From: Planctomycetota bacterium
GTDB lineage: Bacteria > Planctomycetota > UBA8108 > SXIK01
Assembly: GCA_965223845.1 (NCBI GenBank)
Contig: CBDCXR010000004.1
Coordinates: forward strand, 3,552,001-3,616,000
DNA: 64,000 nt
Direction: 5' to 3'
A program made the translations under genes and the position numbers. How positions within the stretch are numbered: position 1 is the stretch's first letter; every line of letters starts with the position of its first letter. This document shows, in pieces, positions 9,366-19,409 of this stretch. Below the pieces are notes generated by a model that saw only the letters and a program-made list of their open reading frames with translations, had not been told where the DNA came from and did not search any database.

Positions 9366-10517
9366 ATGAGACTCGCTGCTAGATCCACCGGAGTGGTGCT
9401 CTCTCTCTCGCTCGTCGGCTGCGTCAACTTCTGCGACACGGACAACGACTCCGCATTGCTCCTCTCCCGGATCGCGATTCCCCCGACCGCGACGGTCGAG
9501 GGGAGTCTCGCCGAGTTCGATGTCGCCCCGGGCGAAACCGTCCTCCGGCAGCACTATTCGATCGAGGAGGGCGGCACCTTCGTCCTCCACCGGACGGTCG
9601 AGACCGAGGTCGCCTCGCTCCACGCGGCGATCTCTTCCATCGACGAGAACGCAGCCGAGGTCGAGGGTCACGAGCCGTTTTCGGCCGTGCTCGTTCGAGG
9701 TGTCGAGCGGGACGGCGCCGCCGCGGCCGCCGGTCTCCACGCTGGTGACGTGATCCGCTCGTTCGACGGGAAACCCGTCTCGCATCGAGATCAACTCCTC
9801 CATCTCCTCGAAGAGAAGAGCCCGGGTGACGTCGTGACGGTCGGCTACGGGCGCTACCGTGACGAGTTCGAGGTCGACGTCACTCTCGGCGCAGAATCTA
9901 GGCTCGAGAGTGCGAAGCGAACGCGAGTGGAGCTGCCGTTCGTGAACGACCAGGATCGCGCCGGGCTCTCCCTCGCGGAGCTGACGCCGCGGCTCGTTCC
10001 GCTCGTCAGCGCCGCGCCGGCGGTCGCGAACGAGGCGCGCGGAGCCCTCATCGTGACGAACGTGCTACCGGGCGGTCCGGCGTTCTTCGGCGACGTTCGC
10101 GTCCGCGACCTCCTCGTTCGCGTCGCCGACGTTCCCGTCGCTTCGGTCGACGACTACCTGCGCGCGCTTGCGGACTCTACGGTCGGAGACGACGTCCCGT
10201 GCGTCGTGATCCGCGATGGCGTCGAACACGAAACGACCATCGAGCTCGCCGATGAAGCGACTGCGGATGGTGGATTCAACTTGATCAGTCTCGTCAAGTA
10301 CCGTCGCCGCCCCGAGCACCGCGAGTTCTCTCTCGTGTGGGAGCTACTCTTCAACGCCGAGCGCTGTCACGCGGTCGAGTCGGAGCACAACCGACCCGTT
10401 CACAAGAGCTCGACGCGCTGGGGCGCCCTCCTCAATCTGGTCCACTACGCGAGCCACCGCGGCGGCGTCGAGATCCGCCTCCTCTGGTTCCTGCCGATTT
10501 CGTTCCGGCGCAGCTGA
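9366..10517 (+). CDS. Putative lipoprotein with two PDZ domains and a C-terminal aromatic beta-strand region
   Basis: Lipobox-like SLVGC; PDZ1 (VERDGAAAAAGLHAGDVIRSFDG) and PDZ2 (VLPGGPAFFGDVRVRDLLVRVAD); no trypsin GNSGG motif. Confidence 0.75.
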   Translation: MRLAARSTGVVLSLSLVGCVNFCDTDNDSALLLSRIAIPPTATVEGSLAEFDVAPGETVLRQHYSIEEGGTFVLHRTVETEVASLHAAISSIDENAAEVEGHEPFSAVLVRGVERDGAAAAAGLHAGDVIRSFDGKPVSHRDQLLHLLEEKSPGDVVTVGYGRYRDEFEVDVTLGAESRLESAKRTRVELPFVNDQDRAGLSLAELTPRLVPLVSAAPAVANEARGALIVTNVLPGGPAFFGDVRVRDLLVRVADVPVASVDDYLRALADSTVGDDVPCVVIRDGVEHETTIELADEATADGGFNLISLVKYRRRPEHREFSLVWELLFNAERCHAVESEHNRPVHKSSTRWGALLNLVHYASHRGGVEIRLLWFLPISFRRS

Positions 10518-10619
10518 ATCGCGCAGCACGGGCACCGGCTCGTCGCGTTCGGGTTGCGGCAGCCGTCGCGCTCCGCTACAAGGGGCGGGGACGGACCGTT
10601 TCACCCCTGCGAGATTCCC

Positions 10620-11741
10620 ATGAACGTCGAATCGCCCGGCGAGCCCGCTTCCGCCGACGCCCCGCGTCCTACGCTTCCCGTTCGCCACCGCGTGGCGGCG
10701 GCCGATGCCGGGACGCGCGTCGACCGGTACATCAAGCGGATCTACCCGAAGCTCCCGATCGGCGTCGTCTTCAAGCTCCTCCGAAAGCGCAAGATCACGG
10801 TCGATCGAAAGCGCACCTCGGCGAGCTCGCGCCTCGAGGCGGATCAGGTCGTCGAGGTGTTCGAGAATCTCGACGGATACACCTTGCCTCCCGGCGAGCA
10901 TCTCCGGCGAGCTGCGCGCGTCCGCGACGGCGGACACTTTCAGAAGCAGTTTCGCGTCCTTCACGAAGACACTGCGATCATCGTGCTCGACAAGCCGGCG
11001 GGAATCGTCGTCCACCCCGGTCCGAGGCATCATACCGGCGACACTCTTCTCGACCTTCTGAAGGCGCATCTTCCCGAGCTCTACGCGGACGACTCGGACT
11101 ACGCGCCCGGTTTCGCCCACCGGCTCGACCGCGGGACGAGCGGAGTCATCGTTGCAGCGAAGACGCGCGCGGCGGCGCAGGCGCTCGAGGTCGCGTTTCG
11201 ATCCCACCTCGCGCGCAAGACGTACATCACTCTTGTCGCGGGTATCCCCAAGAAGGGCGGAGGAAAGATCGACTACCCGATCGAGCACGAGCGGACGCCG
11301 TCGGGGAAGAACCGTTTCACCGCGGTGAAGGCGAGAGGGCGGAAGCGACAGCTCGCCGGTCGCATGCAGGCCGCGCTCACCCGCTATCGCGTGCGCGAGC
11401 GATTTCCGGGCGCGAGCCTCGTCGAAGTGGAGACCGAGACCGGACGGACGCATCAGATCCGGGCGCACATGACCGCGATCGGTCACCCACTCGCCGGAGA
11501 CGGCGACTACGGAAAGCGACTCACGAACCGCCGCTTCCGCGAGGACTACGGCCTCGAGCACCTTCTTCTTCACGCGTGGCGCCTCGAGCTGCCTCACCCG
11601 GCGACCGGAGAGACGATGCGATTCGACGCGCCGACACCGCCCGAGCTCGAGCGAGTGCTCGCGAAGCTTCGACGTCGCGCCGAGAAGGATCGGGAGCGGC
11701 GCGAGCAACTCCGGGACGCGGAGTCTCGCGCGGGCGATTGA
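10620..11741 (+). CDS. RluA-family pseudouridine synthase with S4 domain (RluC/D-like)
   Basis: S4 (RVDRYIKRIYP..KLLRK), LDKPAGIVVH, catalytic AHRLDRGTSG, TGRTHQIRAH, GHPLAGDGDYG. Confidence 0.93.
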   Translation: MNVESPGEPASADAPRPTLPVRHRVAAADAGTRVDRYIKRIYPKLPIGVVFKLLRKRKITVDRKRTSASSRLEADQVVEVFENLDGYTLPPGEHLRRAARVRDGGHFQKQFRVLHEDTAIIVLDKPAGIVVHPGPRHHTGDTLLDLLKAHLPELYADDSDYAPGFAHRLDRGTSGVIVAAKTRAAAQALEVAFRSHLARKTYITLVAGIPKKGGGKIDYPIEHERTPSGKNRFTAVKARGRKRQLAGRMQAALTRYRVRERFPGASLVEVETETGRTHQIRAHMTAIGHPLAGDGDYGKRLTNRRFREDYGLEHLLLHAWRLELPHPATGETMRFDAPTPPELERVLAKLRRRAEKDRERREQLRDAESRAGD

Positions 11742-11770
11742 TCGAAGGACGGCTTCAATCTCGCTCCATC

Positions 11771-11823
11771 AAAAAAAAGAGCGCGGCGGAACGCTCCTCG
11801 AGGAACGATCCGCCGCGCTTCTC
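11771..11823 (-). terminator. Intrinsic terminator of the MFS gene
   Basis: AGCGCGGCGGA/TCCGCCGCGCT stem next to an A8 run (U8 on the minus strand), between convergent genes. Confidence 0.85.
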
Positions 11824-11846
11824 GCCGAAGGCTGGCGCGTGTTTCG

Positions 11847-13469
11847 CTAGCCTTCCGACTGCGACAGGTCGATCGGTTTGTACCCGCCGCGCGACTTGAA
11901 GTAGAAGATCAGGATCAAGTAGCAGACCAGCATGAAGGTCGGGAAGAGCGCCATCGTCGCGAGCGCGCCTTGGGAACTGCGACCTCGGATGTCTTTGATC
12001 TTCGCGCCAACGCCTTCGCGCTGCGCTTCGGGAAGCTGGTCGATTACCTCCTCCAGCCGAGCGTCATCGATCGCCTTATAGCTCCCGACGATACTCGTTT
12101 GATCTGCGAGAACGGAGATCTCCCCGTTCACGACGAGCCCTGGGATCTCCGCCTGAATCTCCTCGTTCGCTACGATCGCTGCATTTTCCTTCTCGACTTG
12201 GAGAAGGCCAATGAACGGAAAACCGATCGTGCCGACGGCGAGCATTCCGATGCCGCTGATTGCGTTCAGCGTAAGCGCTCCGCCCTTCGGACTCTGCTCG
12301 GTGACAACTCCGAGCATCGTCGGCCAGAAGAAGGTCTTTCCGATTCCGTACAGAGTTGCCGCCCCGAAGATGACCATGCCGGTAGCGAACGAAAGCCAGT
12401 AGAGCCCAGCGATCGCGAGGACCGCACTGACGGCGAGAAGACCGAGCGGCGAGAGGCTGTGAACGATCGGACCAGCGAAGAACCTCAGTACCAGCATGAT
12501 CGCGGCGGTGTAGACGAGCACCCAGCCCGAGTCAAACTTATTGTCGGCTGCGATACCCTTGAGGATGTTCTCGATCCATCCGTCCGTCCCGATCTCCGTG
12601 ACAGCGAGCGGCATCATGATGACCGTCATGAAAAACATGAATGGCCGGCCGAGCGCCTGCGTGTACGCGCCGAACGCGACGACCATCGCGATGCCGAGAC
12701 CGATGAACACCCACTGGTTCACGCCCGGGAAGTACGCCATGAGCTGGAGCACGAAGAGGACGGCGACGATGATCGCACCGAGAATCCCGAACTCCTGAAG
12801 CATCTCGCGGTAGCTCACGCCCGCCGAAACTCGCTCTTGGACGGGGAACTTCGCTCCGATCAACATCACGCCGTAGATTAGAGTGGGGATCGCGATGATG
12901 CCGACCTTGTACGCCCATGGAGTTTCGGCCATGAAGATCACGATGATCCCCGTGACCACGAGCCCACCGGGCCAGCCGGCATGAAGGATGTTCAGCCACT
13001 TGGTCTTTTCCTTGCTGAACATCGTCGCCACGACCGGGTTGATGAACGCTTCGACCGTTCCGTTCCCGAGCGCGAGAATCAGGCTTCCCCAGAAGAGGAG
13101 ATTGTACGCGAACGCCTTGTCGTCCGCAGTCGGAACGAACCCCTCGCCTCCGTGCGTCACAAAGTACGCCGAAACTCCCATCACCGCCCAAATCAGGTGG
13201 CACACAAACGCGAAAACCATCGAGCGTTTGTACCCCACGTAGTCGATGACGAGACTGAAGAGGATGATGCTGACGGCGAACGGCCAGATACCGATTCCAA
13301 GGAGCATGCCTCCCTGCTGCGCATCGAGGTCGAATTCCTCACTCCAGGTATCGACTAGAAACATCCGCCCCACGAACCCGAACGCGGTCGTGATGAGCGC
13401 GATGAAGCATCCCCAAAACAGCACTTGGGAGCCGCTGCCATTCGCAGCGGAATCGTTTTGATCTGACAT
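11847..13469 (-). CDS. MFS transporter (sugar/FucP-like, PVC type)
   Basis: At least 12 TM segments; [41 protein letters not shown]; soluble insert before the last TM. Confidence 0.88.
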   Translation of the reverse strand: MSDQNDSAANGSGSQVLFWGCFIALITTAFGFVGRMFLVDTWSEEFDLDAQQGGMLLGIGIWPFAVSIILFSLVIDYVGYKRSMVFAFVCHLIWAVMGVSAYFVTHGGEGFVPTADDKAFAYNLLFWGSLILALGNGTVEAFINPVVATMFSKEKTKWLNILHAGWPGGLVVTGIIVIFMAETPWAYKVGIIAIPTLIYGVMLIGAKFPVQERVSAGVSYREMLQEFGILGAIIVAVLFVLQLMAYFPGVNQWVFIGLGIAMVVAFGAYTQALGRPFMFFMTVIMMPLAVTEIGTDGWIENILKGIAADNKFDSGWVLVYTAAIMLVLRFFAGPIVHSLSPLGLLAVSAVLAIAGLYWLSFATGMVIFGAATLYGIGKTFFWPTMLGVVTEQSPKGGALTLNAISGIGMLAVGTIGFPFIGLLQVEKENAAIVANEEIQAEIPGLVVNGEISVLADQTSIVGSYKAIDDARLEEVIDQLPEAQREGVGAKIKDIRGRSSQGALATMALFPTFMLVCYLILIFYFKSRGGYKPIDLSQSEG

Positions 13470-14174
13470 AGCGATTCGTCTCGTTCCTCGACCGCACTTC
13501 CCGTGCACCGACGGCACTCCCGTCGAACTCTCGCAATCGGCGCCCGCGAGCGGAAGCCTGGCGCGCCGTCACCTTCCCCCGAGGAAAGCGGAGAGTCCTT
13601 GTATCGAGCGGAGTGCCGTCGACTGCTGTCGACCCGGCGATCGCCGTGTGCTGCCGATCGGAGGACGAGAGTTCGCACGAACGAGGTCTACAGACGTACC
13701 CCGGCTCCGTCGCGCTCGCGAGTGGAGGGCGAATCGGTTCAGGTCGCCGGTCTGCGTCGGAGAACTCGTCTCGTCGGGCTCGTTTCTCTCGAACGGGCGT
13801 GAGCGCAGCGAATGCGCGCCCTTCGCGGTACGTGAACAACACGAAACCGCGAGCGAAGGAACAGCGCCGCCACGCCCGTGGGCGTTCGCCCCGGAAGCAA
13901 AGATGACCAGCGATGACCGGTCCGGAATTTACCGAACTGAGACCTTAACTGCGGGTAGAAAACCGGTCAACGCAATTCTCCATCTCCCAAGTCGAGTTAT
14001 CGGAATGACTTCCGACTTCGAGCGGACGAGCCCGCCGGCTCGACGGGGAGCCGTGCCGTCTTCGAGTCGATCGCTTCCGACCGCGAACTTGCCGGAGCGT
14101 TCGACTCGTTCGAGAATGCCGAGGACGACACACTCTCGCCGGCGACCGGGAGAAGCACTCGACAAGGAGACACG

Positions 14175-16547
14175 ATGGCGCAGAAGAGGCGCGGACGCGT
14201 CGTCGGCTGGCTGGCCACCGGCTCGCTGGTTGTCCTCATCGTTGGCGCCGTCCTCGGACGGGATCTCATCTTCGAGCGGTGGCACATCCACCGGCTGAAG
14301 CGGGGAAACGCCGAAGAGGCCATCGCGGCGTCGGCCGAGCTCGGTCGCCTGCGCTCCGGGCGAGGGCTGAGAGAGCTCATCCGCCTACCCGCGGAACGAG
14401 ACGTCGAGTGGACGGACTGCCTCGGTGCCTTCGGGGTGGAACCGCTCCGCGAGATCGCGTCGCGCGTCCTCCCCGATGTCGTCGGCGCCCTCGATTCACC
14501 CGAGGAAGTCACGCGCTCGCGGGCGCTCTCCGTCTTGGAGGCCCTGGGCGGAGCGGCGTCGGAGGCGGTCGTTCGGGTTGCGAAACGCAGCGCGAGCCTC
14601 TCGGCGAACGAGAGAGTTCGCGCGGTCAACGTCCTCAGTCAAGCGGTCGTCGCGCAGCCCGATGTGCTCACGGACATCATCGATGCTCTGCGTGATCACG
14701 ACGAGATCGCGGCGAACACGATTCAGTACATCCTCTTCTACGCGGCGAACGAATCCCCGGAGCTGATCGGTCCGCTCTTGAGCTCGATCGAACACCCTTC
14801 GGAGACCATGCGCTATCGCATCGTCCAGATCGTCGGGTCGATCGGAAGCGCCGCCGCGGCAGCGATCCCCAAGCTGGAAGCTGCGCTGGAGGACGCGTCG
14901 CCGCGACTGCGATCGGCCGCGCTCACCGCGATCGCGTCGATGCGCGAGCTCGCTGTCGACAGCGTCCCGAAGATTCTTGCGCGCTTCGCGGATGTCGACA
15001 GCGGCGTGAGAGATCAGGCCGCGAAGGTCGCAGCGTTTCTCACCCAACAGAACGAAAGCTTGCTCGACGCGATTCGGGAGCGACTGAGTGCGCCGCGTGC
15101 GGTCGTCCGCCGGCAGGCTGTACTTTCGCTCTCCTATCTGGGCGAAAAGGCCAAAGCGGCGCTTCCGGACATCGTCGCCGCCGCGCGAGACTCCGATCCG
15201 AGCGTTCGCCAAACCGCGATGGACGCATTCCCTGCCGTCGCACCGGCGAGCGACGATGCGACCGACGCACTCATCCGCGGACTCGACGACGCGGACTCTC
15301 GCGTCAAAACGGCTGCAGTTCAGGGCCTCGGCATGATCCAGAGTCCGGAACACGCGAAGCGCGCCGTTCCGGCTCTCGCGCGTAAGCTCTCCGACGAGGA
15401 CATCGACCTCGACATTCTCGGTGCGTTTCGAACGCTCAGCCACCGATTCGGCGACATCGTCCTCCGCGAGCACCAAATCCTCGAGTCCGAGAACGAGAGG
15501 ATTCGGGAGATCTACGTCTCCGCGATCGCGGGGATCGACGGTTCGGCCGAGTGGCTGGTCGCGGCGCTCGGCGATGCCTCTCCCCGTGTTCGTTTGATGG
15601 CTCTCCTGAGCTTGAAGAGCGAAGAGTCGATCGACGATAAGATCTTCGCCGCAGTACTCGCCCGACTGGACGATGAAGAGAGCGATGTCCGCACGGCGGC
15701 CGCGGAGGCACTCGCCGCGCTCACGCCGCAATGGGAGGGCTCGATCGCGAGTCTCCGGAACGTCTTTGAATCCGGCTCGGAGCGGCAGCGCATCGGCGTC
15801 GCCCTCGCGTGCGGTCATATGGGCTCGACCGCCGCGCCCTTCGTCGATCTCATCGCGCGCGCCGCGACGGACGACGCTTCGACCCTCGTCCGGGAACAAG
15901 CGACGTTCGCGCTCGGACACATTGCGATCGCCCGCGACGATCTCGTCGACGTCCTCTTTCGCGCGCTCCTCGACGACGAACCGAGCATTCCGCCGGCCGC
16001 GCGCAACTCGCTCGGCCTCATCGCGATCGCTGACCTCGATGAGATGAAGGGACGCGGACGCGGCGTGGCGAGCGTTCTCCGTGGGTTCGAGAGTGAGAAT
16101 CCCATCGTCCGGAGCGGAGTCCTCGACGCGCTGATTCACGTCGACCCGGCGATCACCGGCGTAAAGGATGCGTTCCTGCGCGCGCTCTCCGACTCCGACG
16201 TTCGAGTGAGGCGGCGCGCCGCGGATCAACTCGTCTACTGGAGCGATCCGAGCGGGGATCTCGGCGACGCGCTGAGCGATTGCCTCACCGACGAGCACGC
16301 CGAGGTGCGGGTCGCGGCGGCTTCGAGTCTCGAGCGATTCGCCGAGGTCTCGAGCTCCGTCGTGCCGCGGCTCGTCGCCGCTCTCGACGATGCGGATACC
16401 GACGTTCGCGAAGCGGCGGGGCACGCGCTGATACGGATCGCGGGGGCGTCTTCCGAAAGACGCGAGGAGATCCTCGCCGCGCGGGAGAAGGCGACCGGAC
16501 GAATTCGATCCGGGCTCGACGCCATGTTCGAGCCCAGCGAGGAGTAG
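14175..16547 (+). CDS. Membrane-anchored HEAT/PBS-repeat protein
   Basis: N-terminal TM helix followed by many L.D....VR..AA..LG repeats. Confidence 0.85.
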   Translation: MAQKRRGRVVGWLATGSLVVLIVGAVLGRDLIFERWHIHRLKRGNAEEAIAASAELGRLRSGRGLRELIRLPAERDVEWTDCLGAFGVEPLREIASRVLPDVVGALDSPEEVTRSRALSVLEALGGAASEAVVRVAKRSASLSANERVRAVNVLSQAVVAQPDVLTDIIDALRDHDEIAANTIQYILFYAANESPELIGPLLSSIEHPSETMRYRIVQIVGSIGSAAAAAIPKLEAALEDASPRLRSAALTAIASMRELAVDSVPKILARFADVDSGVRDQAAKVAAFLTQQNESLLDAIRERLSAPRAVVRRQAVLSLSYLGEKAKAALPDIVAAARDSDPSVRQTAMDAFPAVAPASDDATDALIRGLDDADSRVKTAAVQGLGMIQSPEHAKRAVPALARKLSDEDIDLDILGAFRTLSHRFGDIVLREHQILESENERIREIYVSAIAGIDGSAEWLVAALGDASPRVRLMALLSLKSEESIDDKIFAAVLARLDDEESDVRTAAAEALAALTPQWEGSIASLRNVFESGSERQRIGVALACGHMGSTAAPFVDLIARAATDDASTLVREQATFALGHIAIARDDLVDVLFRALLDDEPSIPPAARNSLGLIAIADLDEMKGRGRGVASVLRGFESENPIVRSGVLDALIHVDPAITGVKDAFLRALSDSDVRVRRRAADQLVYWSDPSGDLGDALSDCLTDEHAEVRVAAASSLERFAEVSSSVVPRLVAALDDADTDVREAAGHALIRIAGASSERREEILAAREKATGRIRSGLDAMFEPSEE

Positions 16548-16660
16548 AATGCGCGATTGAGATGAGATCTCTCGTCTCGACCTCCCGCGACGCCCTGCGA
16601 GCCGTTACGCAGATCGATGCGTGCGATCGCCCTTCCGAAGCACCACCGAGACGAGATTCC

Positions 16661-18193
16661 ATGAATCGATCGACAACGCGATGGACGAACTCTCAGGCGA
16701 TGCTCGCGCTGCAACTCGCCTGCTTCCTCGCTTTCGTTCCGCTCGCACTTCGCAGCGAGGTGATCACCATCGCACACCGCGGCTCCTCCGCCGAGGCGCC
16801 GGAGAATACGCTCGCCGCGATTCGCCTCGCCGTAGCCGACGGAGCGGAAGCCTGCGAGTTCGACGTCTACCGCACGGCAGACGGAGAGCTCGTCCTTTTT
16901 CACGACGAGGAACTCGAGCGAACGAGCGATTTCGCAACCGTATTCGGCGGCGCGGGGGAAACGCGCACGAAGATCGAGGAGTTCACACTCGCCGAGCTCC
17001 GGCGGCTCGACGTCGGTTCGTGGAAAGACGCGCGCTTCGCCGGGGAGCGCATCCCGACGCTCGCCGAAGCGCTCCGGGCGATGCGGGGTGCAATTACCCC
17101 GGTGATCGAAATCAAACCCGCCGACATCGGACGCGACGTCGCACGCGTGATCTCAGAGGAGAACGCCGCGGGCGAGGTGTTCGTTCAAAGCTTCGAAGAC
17201 AAAGCCATCCGGGACGTACGAGCGGAGCTCGCAGGAGTTCCGACGGGGCTCCTCATCGGCGGCGAGCCGGAAGGGAGCTCGACGGAGCGCGCGCGGGACT
17301 TCGTTCGTCGCGCGCGCGAGGCCGGAGCGAGCGCAGTCGTGTGCAGCCACAAGCACGTCGACCGCGACTTTGCGTGGGCGATCCGGCGGCGCGGCATGGC
17401 GCTCTGGGTGTACACGGTGAACGATCCCAAGGACATGCGCCGTCTCGAAGCCCACGGTGTCGAGGGAATCATTACGGACGAGCCCGCGCTCCATCTCCGC
17501 GTGCGCTTTCCACCTCGAGAGCTCCCGACGAGCACGCTCGCGATCGCCGCGGGGACGACGAGCGTCACGGAGCTCGCGCGCGCCTACGCGTCGCTTCGGG
17601 GGCTTCCTCTCCTCAGCGAGCTCGACCCTGAGCGTCGGCGCGCGGCCGAGATCCGCATCCCCGCTCCGATGCCCGACGCGGACGCGGAAATCATCCGCCA
17701 TCTTCTCGAGGCGAACGGCTTTCGCCTGAGGACGAAGGTGCTCCCGAACGGGCGGCGCAGCGTCGTGCTCGCCGACGCCCGCGCGACGGACTCGGCTCGC
17801 GCGCTCGAACCGCTGCCCGTCGTCGAAGAGACCGGGCGGCCGCCGCGCCCGAGTCGCCGCCCCACCGCCGGCTTGGGCGCCGCGCCGGATGCGCCGTCCG
17901 ACGTCGTCAAAGCCTTCGGCATTCGATGGACTTCCGTCCCGCCCGCGCTCGCGGCCCATCTGAGACTTCGTGCGGGAGCCGGCGCAGTGGTCGATGCGAT
18001 CGACGACGATCAGCGCGCCCGCCTAGCGCGTGCCCTCGAACCCTACGACATCGTCACCACCGTCGGATCCACCCAGATCAAAGGCCCGACGAGCCTCGTC
18101 GATCGACTCAACGCCCCGAGACGGGCTCAGGAGCGAAGAGAATTGCGAGTCATCCGCAAGGGTCGAACCCTGATCATTCCGATCCGCGAGTAG
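16661..18193 (+). CDS. Secreted glycerophosphodiester phosphodiesterase fused to extra C-terminal domains (PDZ-like)
   Basis: Signal-like segment; IAHRG..APENTLAA, EFDV..TADG..VLFHD, IPTLAE, IEIK, YTVND, GIITD; about 230 further residues ending in a PDZ-like unit. Confidence 0.82.
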   Translation: MNRSTTRWTNSQAMLALQLACFLAFVPLALRSEVITIAHRGSSAEAPENTLAAIRLAVADGAEACEFDVYRTADGELVLFHDEELERTSDFATVFGGAGETRTKIEEFTLAELRRLDVGSWKDARFAGERIPTLAEALRAMRGAITPVIEIKPADIGRDVARVISEENAAGEVFVQSFEDKAIRDVRAELAGVPTGLLIGGEPEGSSTERARDFVRRAREAGASAVVCSHKHVDRDFAWAIRRRGMALWVYTVNDPKDMRRLEAHGVEGIITDEPALHLRVRFPPRELPTSTLAIAAGTTSVTELARAYASLRGLPLLSELDPERRRAAEIRIPAPMPDADAEIIRHLLEANGFRLRTKVLPNGRRSVVLADARATDSARALEPLPVVEETGRPPRPSRRPTAGLGAAPDAPSDVVKAFGIRWTSVPPALAAHLRLRAGAGAVVDAIDDDQRARLARALEPYDIVTTVGSTQIKGPTSLVDRLNAPRRAQERRELRVIRKGRTLIIPIRE

Positions 18194-18245
18194 GATCGTC
18201 ACTCCCCCTTACAACCGCGCCCTCTTCAATCAATTTCTTCCCTTC

Positions 18246-18749
18246 TCACTCCATTCTCTTCACTTCGTCTCCCTTCGCGACCCTTCGCGCACTTCGTGTG
18301 CGATTCTCCTCTTCCTCTTTCTCTCCCTCTTCCGCCCCGAACTCCCCCACCCGCGGCGGACAAAACGAAAGATCGAACGCCACCCAGAAGAGCCGCGCGT
18401 ACCGGAAGAACCACGCGGGGAACAGAACGGCAACCGCGACGAGCCACGGCCATTGCTCACTCAGGGGGACGCCGAACCCATCGGCGCGCACGAGGAAGAT
18501 CGCCGTCAGCAGCCCGGCCGTAGCGCCGTAGTGAAAGTAGAGCGACCCGGTGAAGTAGCCGTACTCGCGCTGGTAGCGAAACCCGCACGCCGGACAGCGT
18601 TCACGCATCCGAAACCAGCCGCGAAACGGTCGACCCTCCGTGCAGACGGGGCACCGCACCCGCAGCGCCGCCCAAAACCGCGAGCGCGGCGGCACGCGCT
18701 CGCGACCGAAGCGTTCCGCCGGACTCTCGACCGGTTCCAGGGATTCCAT
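18246..18749 (-). CDS. DUF983-family membrane protein
   Basis: RCPVC.EG..F.GWF.M.ERCPACG...REYGYFTGS followed by two TM helices. Confidence 0.8.
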   Translation of the reverse strand: MESLEPVESPAERFGRERVPPRSRFWAALRVRCPVCTEGRPFRGWFRMRERCPACGFRYQREYGYFTGSLYFHYGATAGLLTAIFLVRADGFGVPLSEQWPWLVAVAVLFPAWFFRYARLFWVAFDLSFCPPRVGEFGAEEGEKEEEENRTRSARRVAKGDEVKRME

Positions 18750-18799
18750 GGCGCGATGTCCGAGTCAGCGACCGGCCAACTTCGAGCTTCGGGGCCGCA

Positions 18800-19384
18800 T
18801 CACTCGACGGAGATGGTGCACTCTGCCATCGCGAGCGGCTCGCTCGTCGCGCCGCTCGGACTGCCGACTTTCTCGAGCGCCTTCAGCGTCTCTTCGCCGT
18901 CGACGACTTCGCCGAAAATGCTGTGCTTTCCGTCGAGCCAGTCCGTCGGAACGAACGTGAGGAAGAACTGACTTCCGTCCGTCCCGGGTCCCGCGTTCGC
19001 CATACTGAGAAGTCCCGGGCGATCGTGACGGACGCTCGGGCTGAACTCACCGTCGTACTGATATCCCGGGCCGCCCGTCCCGTTTCCGCGCGGGCACCCG
19101 CCCTGCGCCATGAAGCCCGGAATGACGCGATGGAAACTCAGTCCGTCGTAGAAGCCGAGCAGCGTGAGGTAGATCGTACTCGACACGTGCATCGGGGCGA
19201 CATCCGGCCGGAGACGGACCTTGATCGCCCCCTTGTTCGTCTCGATGTTCCAGTAGTAGGTCTTGCTCGCGTCGAATTCGACCTCGGGCGGCCGATCGAG
19301 CAGGGTCTTCCAGCCGGTCTTGCTTTTGTCGATGCCAGATTTTTCGATGAATTCGGACAGAGCCGCGACGGCGGAGTCGGTCAT
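18800..19384 (-). CDS. Cyclophilin-type peptidyl-prolyl cis-trans isomerase (cytoplasmic)
   Basis: [46 protein letters not shown]. Confidence 0.95.
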   Translation of the reverse strand: MTDSAVAALSEFIEKSGIDKSKTGWKTLLDRPPEVEFDASKTYYWNIETNKGAIKVRLRPDVAPMHVSSTIYLTLLGFYDGLSFHRVIPGFMAQGGCPRGNGTGGPGYQYDGEFSPSVRHDRPGLLSMANAGPGTDGSQFFLTFVPTDWLDGKHSIFGEVVDGEETLKALEKVGSPSGATSEPLAMAECTISVE

Positions 19385-19409
19385 GCGGTCGTCTTTCTCT
19401 CGATCGGGA

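Noticed and set aside
13578-13600. GAGGAAAG..GTCC resembling the RNase P RNA signature
   Set aside because: GAGGAAAGTCC is interrupted and no 3' P4 partner sequence was found.
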